From Hyphochytrium catenoides (Eukaryota; Protista; Hyphochytriomycota): a stretch of 64,000 nt of DNA. This document shows, piece after piece, positions 24,101 through 38,417 of the stretch. The position numbers and the translations under genes were made by a program. Location: assembly GCA_900088475.1 (NCBI GenBank), contig FLMG01000261.1:124001-188000 (forward strand), read 5' to 3'. Numbering within the stretch: the first letter of the stretch is position 1; every line of letters begins with the position of its first letter. The notes beneath the pieces are model-generated. The model was given only the letters and a program-made list of their open reading frames with translations. It was not told where the DNA came from and searched no databases.

Positions 24101-27100
24101 AGAAAGAAAGGGACCTGGAAATGCTTGAATGAACACCCGACGTAGGACGCGTTTGATGCCCCAGCCAGGAAGAAATTTCCCATATCTCTGTTCCCTATAC
24201 AGAACTTAAGATCTTGACCAATCCTACTATTGCAATGTGGACTTCCATCTGCTCTGAAAATCATGCACTTCTTTGTGATCTCCTTTACCCTCATCCTCAG
24301 GCATTCTTATTCCTTCCTTTGCTCTTTCATCACCTTTCTTCAAAGTGTCATTATTACGCGACTTCCCCTGGCTCAATTATAACGTCTGTCCTCTGGTCCT
24401 CTTTCTCCACTGTCCCGCCTCCAGTTGATGGTTCTCGCTGCTGCCCGCTGCATATGGAAGAATTATAAGATCTATAGAAGCAAGCGGTTCTTGTCAGTGA
24501 TCTACATGGCGCTGGCGCTAAGAGGAAGAGTTAGAATGATTTGGCACTGGTGGAGGAGGCGGAAAGGAGTCAAGGCTCTGGAAGATAGAATAAGGAAAAG
24601 GAGGGAAGAGAGAGAAAAGGAGAAGATAGTACTCTTCTTCCGCTCTCTTCTCTGCAGAAAAGTTATAGGAAAACTGCGGAAGCGAAAGAAAGAAGGCAGT
24701 GCTGCACGTAGAATACAAGCACTATATAGAGGACAGCAAGGCAGAAAGCTCTTCGCGGTATTGAGGGAAGAAGAGGAAGGCAGAAGAAGAGAACGGGAGA
24801 GAGAAGATTCTGCAGTTTTTATCCAAAGGCGATGGAGAGGTAAGGTGCAAAGTGATCCTCTGTCCCACAAAGAAAGGAGAGGAAAGTAATGAGATGAATT
24901 TCGATAAGTATCAACTGTTAGGAGCATTGTGAGGATAGGGGCAATCAGATTAGAGATTTTTTTGAGAGCATTCCTCTGAAAGCAAAGGGAGGGAGACGAA
25001 AGAAATGCGATGGAATTAGAATTGGGCAAATGCTGCACCTTTACTTATCCCCTTTCTCTTTCAACCTGCTGTGTCCCTTTCCTGCTCAACCCTAGCATGG
25101 CGGCAAGGGCGGGCAAGCCGGGCTCTATATCGGGCGCTCAGAGAGAGAAAGATGGCCACACGCATTCAGCGACTTTACGTCTCCAGAAAGCGTAGAAGAG
25201 TCGGCAGACTCTTCCTCGAGGAAAGGAAGAGACAGAAAGCCGCGACAAACATACAAAGGATTATAAGGGGTAGACGAGGGAGGAATAAGGCTCTTCTAGT
25301 GCGTGTGATGCGAAAGAATAGAAGAAGATGCGAAGAGTGCAAGGAAGCGGCTTCCTCTCTCTATTCTCGCTCTTTTGAATTAGAGCTTTGCGATTCATGC
25401 TATGAGAAGCTCCTGCTCCTTACGAAGGAAGCTGACCCGTACTTTCCTCTAGAGAATGAGCCTGTCCCACTCCAGGACTTTGAGCGGTACAGCTTCAATC
25501 TCAGTACTCTTTCCTGCCACTTTCACGTTTAATCTTCTTTTACCTCTTATCCTATGGTTAAGTGTTTCCTGTCTTGTTTCGCCACCATGATGTCTCATCT
25601 CCCCTATTTTGCGGAGGGGGTCTGACTTGAAGTCCCTCGACACAAGCTTCTTCTCCCTGATGTTGAGGGTTGTGCCTTCAGTACAATCTAATGCTGGTCC
25701 CGGATTGTCCTTGCTGCCTTTTAGTTTAACACAATGAGTTGTTGACTGTGTGAGTCACTCGAACGCTTTCCCCCTTGTCCACAGCTTTGTTTGTTCTATT
25801 CGGCCCCTTCAGCGTCGATACCATCAACATCAGCAGCTACTCCTGTCCGAATTTGGAAGCTGCCATGACTGCAGTAGGGCTGGCAAGCTATGGTGCAGTG
25901 ACAACTCAACTGTCAACTCTATCACCCTTCTCTTTGTTTGTCCACTTGGTCCTTCTGCTATCCGGCTATTTTACCTCGTCTTTTATCTGTGTTTTCGGAT
26001 ACTTCCGACAACTGAGAATCTGTCACTCCTCACTTGGCGATCACGAGCGGTATCTAATATTTCGCTCATCACCTCTAGGTGCTTTACCTGTGGATGTCAA
26101 TATTGTCTCTGTTGCCACTCGAGACTTCACGAGGAAAAAGCTTTTCGTTCGCACTCTTCTCAGAAACTGCCCTTATATCGCAGAAGCTGTAAGGCGGCCA
26201 CTGTCATTCAGAAGCGGTGAGCGATATTGCCTCTTCGCCTATAGACTCAGCTTGCCTGAGCTTCGGTTCGCTTAGTATGGTTGTACTCACGTTTGTCTGG
26301 ACATTTTGACAACTTTTTTATTCAATTGAGGGAGTTGCTGTCAGCCCTCCAAGAACATCTCTAATGGACATGGACCTTCATCTTTACGTTGTTCTCTTTA
26401 TGTTCCTACAAATTTCCTCAGTCGTTACAGAGCTCTTCACTCTGTTGATCTCTCTTCCATCCCGGTCGATGCTCTATTGCCATCGCCCACTTTCTTACTG
26501 CTCAACCTCCTGCTCAACCTCCTCCTAGTGTACGTGGATTTCTTTGTCGGAAGCACCTGTGGCAGACAAGGGTATTACGGCGAAACCTTGCCGCGACTGC
26601 AATTCAGCGAGCCGTTCGAGGAAAATTGGCTCGCGTTCTCTTGGAGCGCATGAAGAGCGAGTACCCTGTCTCTGCTAACGTGATCCAGAGGGCCTATCGG
26701 GCATATAGAACGAAGACTCTCATGAAGAGAAGAAAACAAAAGGAGAAAGAAAACAAAGCCGCAATCACCATTCAAAAAGTATCTGACTTTAACAACTGGA
26801 AGGCAACTGTCTCAATTGATCTCCTTCTCCCTCTCTTCATATCATCTAGCTCCCGAACCCTTGTGCTTGATCGTCCCTGCATCGTCTGCCTTGTACCGAC
26901 CCTACCTCAACTCTCACTAAGTCACGATTTTCTGCTGCAGCACCCTCATTGTTTGGCTTCTTGCCATCCACTACTCATTCTCACCACTGTCTGTCATGAT
27001 TTGCGTTGGCTCGTATCAATGGTCAAATTCATTACAATGCTTGCTGACCTACTCTGCTGCGGCCTCAGATATGGCGGGCTTACTGTTCCCGAGGGTTATA

Positions 27101-29381
27101 TGGTCGCCTGCTTCGACGACGACAGGAGGAGGCCGCTGTGTCGATACAGAAGATCTGGAGAGGACATCAAGCGAGGTCAAGAGTGACGAGGATACGTCAC
27201 AAGAAAAAGAAGAGACAAGACGCTGCACTAAGAATACAACGAGGATACAGGCTCTATCATTGGAAGGTAAGGGCGGCTTTCAGGTCCTTTCTCCTTGCGC
27301 CTATAGATTAACCCTTTCCGCCTTCCCGATGTGCCTCTATTTGATCCTACACTAGAACGAAAGAGCGAGAGCAGCATTCGTTATCCAAAAAGGCTATCGC
27401 AGGCACCTAGAAGAAAAGAGATCCTTAAGGGAGGCCATGAGACAAATGCAAGAGGAGGAAAGAAGGCAGCGAGAAGCGGAAATGAAAGAGCTAATGCAAA
27501 TGAAGGAAGAAGAAAAGACCCAGAGGGATACGGAATGGAAACGTGCAAAATTGGTAGCGGAGCTACGCAAGAAGCTTATGCGCTCTTTAGGTTTGTCGTT
27601 TGTGCAGGAAGGTTTCGCCCGCATATTCTCCCTCCTCTCTGCGAAATTGGAGAGGGAGAAGCAGAAGCAGAGAGAAAAAGCCGCCATCTCTATACAAGCG
27701 ACAATCCGCATGTTTGTCAACTGCAGGCGATACCATAAGGCTGTCGCTGCGGCGGTTACCATTCAAGCTGGAGTAAGAGGAATGATAGCTCGGAGGAGGG
27801 TGAAGGAGATTTCCAGGACTAAGAAGAAGGACAAGGTCANNNNNNNNNNNNNNNNNNNNNNNNNNNNNNNNNNNNNNNNNNNNNNNNNNNNNNNNNNNNN
27901 NNNNNNNNNNNNNNNNNNNNNNNNTCTATCTCTTGGATCCTGGACTTGTGGATTTCTTCTTATACCCTCTCTTCGGTGTCATTGCAGCCTGGTGGCTATC
28001 GCGTCAGCGTGAGACAGAAGAGAAGAGAGGAGAAAGAGCAGTACAAGAAAAACCAAGCTGCAAAGAAGATCCAGGCAGTGTTCCGTCGGTACTCCGCCAA
28101 GAAAGCTTATAAAGAACGTATCCGGAAGAAGCAGACAGGGTCATCAGGAAATCTCAGCGCTCCATCTCCATCTGCCGGGGATGCAAAGCAAGGCGAGGGG
28201 GCTAAAGATGACGAGGAGGAGCTCGTAGATCCAACCTCAAGAGTGGCCTCTGCTCTGATGAGCTCCTTCTCAAATATCAAGGACGATGCAGAGGAAGAAA
28301 GTAGACGACGAGCTGCTGTCTTGAAGGAGTATGAGGCTAGCCTTCAAAGCCCGACGGACGGAACGTCCAATACAGAATGGGAACAAACAGACGGAGAGAG
28401 AGCGTACTCTGAAGTGTTGCAGGCTTGGCAGCAGTACTATGACGAAAACGCTGGCGGTTATTACTACTATAATTCACTTACAGGTGAAGCGCGATGGGAG
28501 CCACCTCAGGAGCTCGTAGCAGCTCAGCAGCAGCAGCGAGAGTTGGAATTGCAGTGGGAACAGGTCCTCCTCTTTCCCTACTTCTGCATTGGCGTCATGG
28601 CGCCATTCAGACTTCGTCTGCCTATTGCCCCGGTGTATCCCTCTCGAGCCTGTCACTATTGGCTATCTGATTCTTAGATTTGTCAGGTCTATCTAGTTGT
28701 GATTGTATTGCTCCCAAAGCTTTCCATTTTCGTCCTTTCAGCCCTTTCTCTCAGCTGCCTAGATGTCTCTCTTTTTGCCTTCGGCTGCTACTTGCGGTAG
28801 ATAATCAACTCCATACTGCTCCTGCCAGATCAACCGAAGCTGGCAGCAATTGTGGGACGAAGCGAATCAAGCTTACTACTTCTATAACCCCTATACACAG
28901 CAGACGGCCTGGCAGCTGCCTGAAGGTACTTGAGTGACGACCGAATTTGCTAGATGGGGTGTAGAGAGGTGTAACGAGAGCCAGAACAAAGGATCGTGCA
29001 CCTTCGGGGAAGTCCGTCTCCCTAGAGATAGGAGATCGGTTGGGGATAAGACGGTTAGACTCTAAGACATTCGCCGATCAGATCTCTCATAGGCCAATTG
29101 AGCCGACTATCCTCCCTCTCCATGTTTCTTGCATGGAAGGGGCATTGACCTCCATTTATTTCTTTTTTGTCCCCATAACTGACGCTGAAGTTTATTCGTC
29201 AGGCTGCCAGCTTCACGAAGACTACTACACGTCAGGAGGTATTGGTGAAGGGGATCAAGCTGCCCTAGATGGCCACAGTTCACCATCCTATTATGGTCAA
29301 GCAGCAGCAGTCTCAGGGCTGTACAATGAGTACGATTATTACGCGAATCAAGGGAGTCTCTTGTCCCAGCAACCCACTTAA
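21193..29381 (+). CDS. Large IQ-motif-rich protein with a degenerate GIY-YIG-like domain, B-box-type zinc fingers and two WW domains
   Basis: 5' exons 21193-21418, 21674-21832, 22114-22215, 22320-22453 and 22677-~22750 join in phase. About 20 IQ or IQ-like motifs follow (IQSFWRG, IQRFFRG, IQRVYRG, IQALYRG, IQRRWRG, IQRIIRG, IQRAVRG, IQKIWRG, IQAGVRG...). B-box-like CEEC...LCDSC (~25329-25400) and CHDCSRAGKLWCFTCGCQYCLCCHSRLH...H (25861-26155). WW domains WQQYYDENAGGYYYYNSLTGEARWEPP and WQQLWDEANQAYYFYNPYTQQTAWQLP. Interrupted by an N gap. The junction around 22750-23075 and the final exon are approximate. Confidence 0.82.
27840..27924. other. Assembly gap (N run)
   Basis: Run of n characters inside the IQ/WW gene. 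Confidence 0.99.
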
Positions 29382-29882
29382 GCGACCCAGAAATACCGAA
29401 TGCAGAATTCGTCAGAAGAGCGAGAACAAGCCAGCCCATATATTCTCTCTCAGGGGTGTCGTCGCGGCAAATGTGCCCACTCTGATCTGAACTGGGTGTT
29501 TGGCAAGCCCCACACACTGCTTCCGTATAACGGAGGAATCCTCCCTGTTTCTCAGAAAGGAGAGCCTTGTTAAAGCGGGAGGGACCTCGTCCAGAAGTAT
29601 CTATAGCAAAGGGAATTGAGAATGCCAGTCCTACGCAATTTTGGGAGATCAACAGGCGATGCTGATCATTTTTGAGATAGATGAGGAAGGCAGGTGTAGA
29701 TATATGTATATATATTGCCCCCCGCAGTTGAATAGGCGAGCAACCTTAAAGTACAACGCTGTTGAAGGCCACAACCATCATCCTGGGATCGTTTCTCTCG
29801 CGATACTCCGTTCACCAGCCTTAACGAGCTTTAGAATTTTTCACTCACTGTCTCAAGGAGTCGCGCTGCTCATAAAGCGAGC

Positions 29883-32800
29883 TTAGGAGTACTGTTGGTT
29901 TATCATTGTCTTGAGGCCTTCTACTTGTGCCCGTAGCATGGCGTTCTCATCATGTACGCCTAACAGGGGCTGCCAGAGTGAGAAGGTCGAGAAAGTAGGT
30001 CAGCCATCCATTTGCAGGTAAACGGTCACCCTGTTCGTCAAAAGGGAGTATTTGAGCAGCTTTTGTATCGTAACTGTCGACATACGAGAGAGGAAGCCTG
30101 TGGGGAAGCTGCGTACCTTGTATTGCTCCTGAATAGCTCTTACTCTGCTTTCATAAGTGGCTTCAACCTTTGAAGAAAGCCCGAGTGTCAAACACATTGA
30201 GAGAAGTGACGGTGAAGGTAGCTGCGACTCAGCCTATTGCAATTACCGTGGCAAGCTGCTGCTTAAGATATTGAAGCTGGTGCTCCGCTCCCCGAACCTG
30301 TGCCTTCATCTGATCCACAAGCTTGTCTCGAGCATTCAACTATGGCACGACCAAATAACAGTAAGCAACACGATAGGACTGTAAGAAGGGGAGGGGACTG
30401 CAAAAAAGGGAGAGAACCGTAAATAAATAAGCAAGAGTGGCATCGACCTAAGAAGGCGAAAGGGTCTCTTAATTGGCCACTGCCAGTGAACAAGAAGCCA
30501 GGGATACAGGTCAGTATGGCATGAAGACGATGTGTGGGTCTCTGACATAGCCACTGATATATCTGACCTCCTGCTGCAGCCTGTAGGCAGCATTTACATG
30601 GATTTGAGCCCTATTATTTTCCTCCTCTAGGACCTTGATGCGGCTTTCAGACTACGGAAGAGGCAAGCAAGGTCAATAGCATGAAGGTGAAGGAGGATGT
30701 CGAATAGAACAAGAGGTACACAAAGGAGGAGAGCGCCTATGAACCGTGGGACCACCACAATTGAATTCTCCGCTAAGCGCTCATTCAAACGAAGTTCACG
30801 AAAGAAACAACATTCGACGACAATCTGACCAAACCCTGCTCATCTGTTGACATACTTCCTGCAACTTCAACTGGAGTTCTTGGGAGTCTTCGCTAGTGCG
30901 CTGCGGCAAAACAAATCCAAGGCTTATAAGTCAGACGCCATAGTACAGAAGGAAGAGAGGAAGACTGTGTTGTGATAGCAATGTTGAGACTTACATGGCC
31001 GTTCTGAGGCCCTTGCTCCGCCTCGGCCTCCTTTTGTTTCAGGAGTAGTTCATCCCTTTCTTTCTGAACAGAAAGAAGGGTCTGTTGCATATCGCCAACT
31101 TGCTTGGCCTGTCGTGCCAACTGCAGAATTATCGCACTTTTAGTGAAACCGGTCGTAAGCGATGACCTATTACCAGCCATGGCAAGCTGATGAAAGGAAA
31201 GCGCGGATTCTGACGGACCTTAATACGGAAGGTAGATGCGACAGGAAGGTATGTCGGATATAGCAAAAAGTCAACCAAATGCCGTCAAAGTCGAAGGAGC
31301 GTCCAAAGATGGGTCTCACCTCCTCTGCCANNNNNNNNNNNNNNNNNNNNNNNNNNNNNNNNNNNNNNNNNNNNNNNNNNNNNNNNCACTTCTGACCTCA
31401 AACATGACACTTGCTCTTGACCTGCCTTCTGTATCTGGATGTAAGGCGGTGTAATAGTGAGAAAAATAACAACAAAGGGATGAAACAGATGTGCGCTAGA
31501 GGAGGACAGTTGCGTGGCAAGCGAACATGGAGAGGAGTTTTGAAAAAGCTTATCAACAGTGAAGCTAAGAAAGATGAAAAGTTTAACACCTTCGACTACC
31601 TTTTCGAGCGCTATGTCCCGGGCTACCTGGCTTTCCCTTAGTTGCTCCTCAAGTTGCCCTATTGTTCTTTCTTGCTCCTCTGCTTTGATCTGAAGTTCTT
31701 CTATCATTTGGGAAGCCACTGGCAGAGGACTTATCAGCAATTTCTCTAAAGAGAGGACTTTGACATGGGCAATGGGGCCCATACGGAAGGAATAAGCTAA
31801 GTACCACCACAAACAGGCGAAATAAGCTAACCCAAAGGACCTGGAGGTCAGAAGATGTCGTTCCCAGCTTCCCGGAGTTGACCCCTTAATGATCATCCTA
31901 CGTACCACCTACTGCTCCCACAACAGCCGATGCCGCCGACTCATCCGATACCGGAGAGAGGGTTTCTGCACCTTGCGTAGAAAGCAGTGCTTTTAGCTCT
32001 TTTATAGCCTCCTCTTTCTGAGCCAGCTCTTCGTGCCTATCAGCCAAGTTGGTGTCGGCAGCCTCTAGCTGCTCTTTCAGGACTTCCACTTCCATAGCCA
32101 GAGAGGCAATTCGCTCTTTGGCTCTCTCTGCCTGTTCAACTTTCTCTTCCAAGGGTGCTTGGGCGTTTGTCTACGGATCATCGGTTAAGACAAGGACTAG
32201 AAATTGCTGGAGACTTGCCGGCCAAAATGGCTAATGAAAACATACAGTTTAAAAAGGCACAAGAGCGTGAGAGTAGCAATAAACAAGGCTAGAGCAGAGC
32301 AGTTATGCCAGAAATAAAGGAAGGCTTGGAGGCAGAGCAATTCTGTCAAGAGTTTATGGCAGCCTTGTGCCCACCTTCTCCTCAAGGATTCTCTTCAAAG
32401 TAGTAACACTAGCCTGTAGCTCGCCAAGAGTATTCTCCCTTTCTCGTAGCTGACTTTCTCTTTCTTCAATTTCCTTCAACAATGTCCCCGCTCTTTCCTC
32501 CGCTTCTACCAATGGGACAACATGCCAGTCAGGGGAGGAAAGCGCGCGTAACGTTGGGTAGACTAGTATCAGCGCAAAGTATGATGGGACTAGGGAGATC
32601 CCAGGGGGCGACCAACCTAGCATTCGCCGTTCCATCAGAGCGATCCTACGTTCTGCTTCACTACGGACAGTTGCATGCTCCACCTGGTACTTATGCACGG
32701 CGCTTCGAAGACCTGGACGAGGGTGCAGGCAGTCGTCAAATCATCATGGTGGCGCTTCGAAAGCTGGAGCTACAGCATACCGGGCAGCTCCGCTTCCTGC

Positions 32801-35800
32801 TTATCCCACATTTCTCGGAGGGCAGCCAGGTCTCTCTCAAGTTGGTCACGCTTACTACTTTGCTCTTATGTGAGACGGCGAAGGAAGAAGGGGTTGGTCA
32901 CCTCCGCAACACAGAGCTTAATCACTTCTGAAAGATATAAAGTGGCGGATTGGAAGAGGATATAAGAGCTATGATAGCCTACCTTCGACATCCGCCTCAA
33001 GCTTCATTATTGCCTGGCCATAGTCCACCAGTTTGTCGTCTTTCTCCCTCAACTCCTTTTGGGCAAGCTGCATGGAAACTTGAAGTTCTGCGGAATAGTA
33101 AGGGCCGGTCTGCCCTATTGGTTTAAAATGTCGAGGTCCCCAACTTTACCTTGCAGCTCTTCTGCCGCACTATCGCTAGCCTCCACTTTGTATCTCAGCT
33201 CTTGAAATTCGTTCTCTTTTTCTTGCATCTTTTGTGCCACTTTTTGCACTTCTTTTTCGAGGTCTACAAAAGCCCCAAAGAGGTAGATTAGACCTAAAGA
33301 CGGCTCCCAATCCTGCTTGGAAGAGGTAACTGGAGAGACACTTGCTCTAGCTTTAATATCTCCATAAACTCCACCTCTCAGGCCCTTGTTGGGACAGACG
33401 GCGATCCCACAGCGCGGAACAGAGAGGTGTAAAGATTGAAGCCAAAAGCTCAGTCACACAGCTCTTCTTGTCCAGAACGCGATATATAAAGATAAGGTGT
33501 CTGACAATTTTTCCACATAGGCGGAGTGATCCAAGGCTGACCTGCTATTTTCTCGTTCTTGAGGCTCATTGCCTGGTGATGTGACTCTCTCTCCGCTTCC
33601 AAATCTGCGTCTCTCCGCTCAATAATTTCTTTCGCCAGATGAAGCTCCTCTCTTAGGCCTGATTTCCATGGGACAAAACAAAGCCTTAAGGGCTTGGAGA
33701 GAACAACTTACGAAGTGAGTATAATGGCCGCCACCTTCAAACTCCTTTAGCTGTTCTATCGTCTTCTCAGTCTCTGCAAGCTTCGCAACGGTTTCCGCCA
33801 GAGCCGTTCGAGCCTCTATTGAGGTAAGTAGTATTAGAGCATGGCGATGTGTATGGGGAAAAAGCTGCAAGCTATGGAAGACAGAGGGTCCAGAAGGCGG
33901 CCACATCGTGTGCGAGTCTCAGATATAGTGCAAGCTTCATAGGTCTCGTCAAAAGAGGCTCCTCAACGGGGATAGCATAAGAGTATAGATAGGGATACTA
34001 AAGGAGTAATACATACCTTCCAGCTCAGTTCTCAACAGCTGGATGTTGCCAAGGAGCTCTTCTTTTTCTAGCTGCCACTCCTCTTCTTTTGCTTGTGGAG
34101 CAGCAAGCCGTAGCGAAGGGAGGCAGAGCACGTGCAGTAGGGTAAGGGTCGGCCACGACGAAGAACATCCGTAAGGAGGATGTCATTACGACCGGCTCGT
34201 CGAGCCAAGTCAACTCATCACGAAGTGACTATACGAAGGATCATTTTTGAGAAGAGGATCTAACACGGTGGACTTACCCTGAGTGACGCCTCGTAGCTCA
34301 TTGAGCTGTGTTTGGAGCGACAATACGCCCGATTCCTCAGCTACTCTCTGCATTCTATATTTCTCTTGTTCCTCCTCCAATTGTTTACGTGTTGTTCGTT
34401 CTGATGCAAGAGCTGCTTCTAGGCTCTCAAGCTCTCTAGTCAACTTCTCCTCAGTGGAACGGAGAGTTGCCACTTCCTCTACTATCGCGCTCATCCTTTG
34501 TGTGCTTTCCTCGGCCAAACGCAACGCGAATGTATCCTTTTGCTGATCAGCCTCCATCTGCAGCTCCTGGACCTTCTTTGACATAGCTTTTGCAGCTTGC
34601 CTCTCTGTAGCCAGCTAACGGTCACAGAAGAAACAGAAGTCAGACCTTTCTAGTCACTGAGGTTGATATAGCCTGCCTATAATATGCCATAAGCGATGCA
34701 CTTCATCATCATCATCGTTGTCCATACCTCTTCTTCTGCGCCCTTCAAGGTATCTCTTAGATCTTTGACCAGTTGGGTGTGAGCTTGAAGCTTATCTTCA
34801 TAGCCTGCCTTTGCGTCACGAAGTGCTAGTTGAAGCTCTTCTATTTCCCTTTGATACCTTTCTCTTTCCTCTCTAGCTGCTTTTTCTCTACTTGCTTCAT
34901 CTGAATCAGCCAACTGGGGCATGGAGGATAGCTGCGTCCTAAGGCTATCGTTTTCGGCAGTCACCTCCGCAAGAGAACCAGTTAATCGCTGTATCTATTG
35001 GTGAACCAATGGACGCGATCAGCTGCAGGTATAGAGGCTTTTGAGCACCTATGCTTTCCTCACCTCAACGTTGAGCTTCGCAACTCCTTCCGCCTGGCTG
35101 ACTCTTAGTTGTACTATCTGATTGGTCAAAGACTGCACCTCTGCCACCTTAGAGTCATAAGACGCCTTTACCTTAAGGATAGAATTGGGTGAACATTAGC
35201 CAGACAAGCACTGGTTGAAATGAAGAATGTGGAGCCTCCACCCAATCCAACTATGGAGCAATCTACCATAGATGTTTCCGAAATTTTGGCGATCGAAAAA
35301 AGCATAGCGAACAGGACAGGTAAGCGAAGCTTGCAGTCAGTGCCATTGAAGGGCAGGGAGACCGAAGCTTGGCTCGGAAGCGGAGGAAGTTGGAACACAG
35401 ATACCAAACGAAACGACGCGACTATACCTGATGGGAATTGGATATTGCGGCTTTGGAGGCTACTAGCTGGGCGCTCAAGTGGTCAAGTTGAGATCTTAAC
35501 TGTTTGACTTCTGTCTGTTGAGCCAAAAGATCCTCTTTGAGCGCTGCCTCTCGTGTTTCTACCTCTCTTACAGTTGTTTCTTTTAAAATCGCTATCTCAC
35601 TTCGTTCCTGTTCCAGTTTCTTTGCTATTTCTGTCTTCTCCTCTTCTGTAGCCAACTGTTGAGCCTGTAGATCCTTATGAGCGTCCCTTAGAGCCTCATA
35701 AGCCAACCTACGAGTGTCCTCTTCTTGTCTGAGGTGTTCCACCTGGAAGAAAGGTTTGTCAGAGGGCGCTCTAACTGCTATTGCCCTTTCAAAGTAGCAA

Positions 35801-37646
35801 TATGCATAATCGTGGCTACGCTACCAGACTCACATGCAGAGCGACAGAGAAGTATGATAAAGGGTCACGTCACATGCATCAACGCAGAGGAACGCAAAAG
35901 AGTGCACGCCGACTCATTGTAGATAATGGAGAGTACCTCCTTGTTTAGATTGTCTAACTCTTCCGTCTTGGACTGTTGATGAATCTCCCTTTGCATCTGG
36001 TTCAATTGAGATCGAAGCAGTGTGTTCTCGTCGTCCGTCTGCTTTTTTGCGCCTTGGAGAGCTTCCAGTGACTGAATGAGCTGTTCTTCTTTAGCTCTAA
36101 ACATTGCTTGAGCTTGGGCGGTGAGTGTACTCCTTAGTTCTTCAGAAACGTGCACGATCTCAGCTGCTTTATCTGCCTCCGCAGCGGCAAGCTTTCGGCT
36201 CCATTCTATGCTCTGCTCTTGTTCCCTCCTTCTGGATGCCTCTTCCATCCTCTGCCTCTCCTCCTCCACCGCTTGTTGCAACGCTTTCATCGACGCTTCA
36301 TTTATCTCAGAAAATATCCTCCTCTCCTGTTCCACCTCCTTTATGTACCTCTCTTTGTTCTGCATCTCGTCAAGCAAAGAGTGGATCTCGACTTGCTTTT
36401 CTCGCAGTTCTTCCTCTACTAGCCTTTTGTCCTCTCTTGCGCCTTCCAACATATTCTTGTATTGTTGAGTAAGTTCCGAGATTTCCCGATTGCTGTCTTC
36501 CAAGCCTATCTCAAGTTTGGCGATCCTCTCCTGTTCGTGGAGCTGGACCAGAGGAGGAGCAGAGATAGTGGGGTCATGACCCTCTTTCTCCTTTGTCTCC
36601 TGCCCTCCTACTGCAGCAGGGGTCTGCAGTAGACGCATAAGTAGAGCTTCTGACTCATTGTTCTTCTTGGCCAGCTCTTCTTCCAACTGACAAACTTTAC
36701 CCTGAAACTTTGACAATTGCTCCAAAGCCTCAAGTTGGAACTTCTCTTTTTTATCTGCTTCCTGTTTCCATCTCGCGGCAATCGAGCTCTGTTCTTGAAG
36801 TTTGTCTTCGAGCACCTTGACCTGTAATCGAAGAGCTTCCAGCTCTGCAGAGGTCGAGGACGATGAAGGACGCAGCGTGGCAGCAGTCGTTTTACCGGCG
36901 CTAGGTCGACAAGACGTTGACCCAAATGCAGGAGCAGGGCCCGACCTGCTCAGGCCTGGAGTTTTGCCTGGGACTGGCTTGCTTGTAATGGCAACCGGGG
37001 ACGACTTGCTGGATAGAGGATAACGAGTGGAGCTAGCTGACGCGCTGGGCTTGGCTACGCTTGTGGAGACTATTGTCTTGGTATTTGGCGCTGTTTTTGA
37101 GTCGCCCCCAAGAGTTCTCGTCCTAGGAGCTGCAAGGGGACACATTAGATTTCTAGGAACACTGAAGTGGCTTATGAGCTCGAAGACCTGATAGAGCAGT
37201 CATTGGTGCAGTTGTGTTGATGAAACAGTAGGGTAGAACATATAACTCAGCTGAGCAAATGGCAATTTGGAGAGTTTCATCGCACCAGCAGTTCCTTTAG
37301 CAGCAGGGCTCACAGAGGGTCTAGCCACGGCATTCTGATTCCTAGTCCCAGAAGTCACTTTAGTAGTGCTCAGTGACAAGGACCGCGCAGAGCTTGCCGA
37401 CCGAGAACCAAAAGCGCTTGTCGAAGTCCTGGAAGCCCTTTGAGCGGCAGGACCTAGAGAGCGTCCACTTGGAGGCATTTGCTTGGACCCGGAGAGTTTC
37501 CTTTTCTCTATTACAGCTGCAGCAGTGTGCCCTAAGAGGGTCTTTGTCTCTTCCGGCAACGCGCCATTGGATTCTTTAACGACCTCACTGAGGTTTGAGA
37601 TCACCGAGGCCAGCTCTTGCGGGGTTGCAGAGTGTCTCTTCGCCAT
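29883..37646 (-). CDS. Long coiled-coil protein with basic Ser/Thr/Pro-rich N-terminus
   Basis: Many E/K/Q/L/A-rich heptad exons (e.g. within ORFs 35865-37145, 35422-35742, 34677-34964, 34210-34584, 31898-32152). Terminal exons KVEATYESRVRAIQEQYK|PLLGVHDENAMLRAQVEGLKTMINQQYS* (TAA 29883-29885). No globular domain recognised. Confidence 0.8.
31331..31386. other. Assembly gap (N run)
   Basis: Run of n characters inside the coiled-coil gene. Confidence 0.99.
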
Positions 37647-38417
37647 ACTCTACGAGTCCTCTGACGGATTCTACCTTATAGACCTCGGTGTTCCTGGGCA
37701 GGTAGCAACCTGAAGAGCAGGACAATTGCCAGTGGCAGAGTGCCAATGAGTTGGCGCTGCTTATGAGTTCTGATTCTTGAGATGTTTCTTATGAATTCAA
37801 GTCCTCAAGCATCTCAACCTCTGTAAACGCTCAGGAACATAACGTCGCGTACGCATCAGAACACATTCTTTCTTTCTAATAAATAAAGCCATTGATTTTG
37901 AGAACGCGCATTTGGGACCTGAGCTTACATTATGGGTCAGGAGGGGCTAACGCCTAGTAAGACAGCGTGTTCTGATGGTCTGATGCAGACACCGCTTTGC
38001 ATTTGAAGTGTGCAAGACTGGGCAAGGTCCAAGGGTAACGGCGAGGCCAGCAGCAGGAGTGCTCACTCAGAAGAGACTCCCGCGCGCCTGTGATGAGCGT
38101 GAGCAACTGTGAGACACTGGCGAGACACCAAGGGATGTGTGGAGCGTAAAGAGCGGCCCGGGTCTAGGAAGCGACATTGGTCGCCAATATAGCAGCTGCT
38201 GAGTTTGGTCCGGACATCAGCGAAGGCAATGGAGAGCCTGAGTGTCGTTAAGAGAATGAGCTTGTATAAAGAGGAGCATCGGCAAGAGAAGCTCTATTAT
38301 GAACTCAGTATGGCAAGCAGAACAAAGTATTTATCAACATCGTAGGCTTCTTTCTTTCATTAGCCCTAAGAATCTATAAAGCGACAAGCTCGCTAGATGA
38401 GCTACCGTTTAATAATG

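Noticed and set aside
24502-25038. Ser/Leu/Phe-rich antisense ORFs here and at 27394-27762, 34283-34546 and 36121-36472
   Set aside because: They are shadow ORFs opposite purine-rich IQ or coiled-coil exons.
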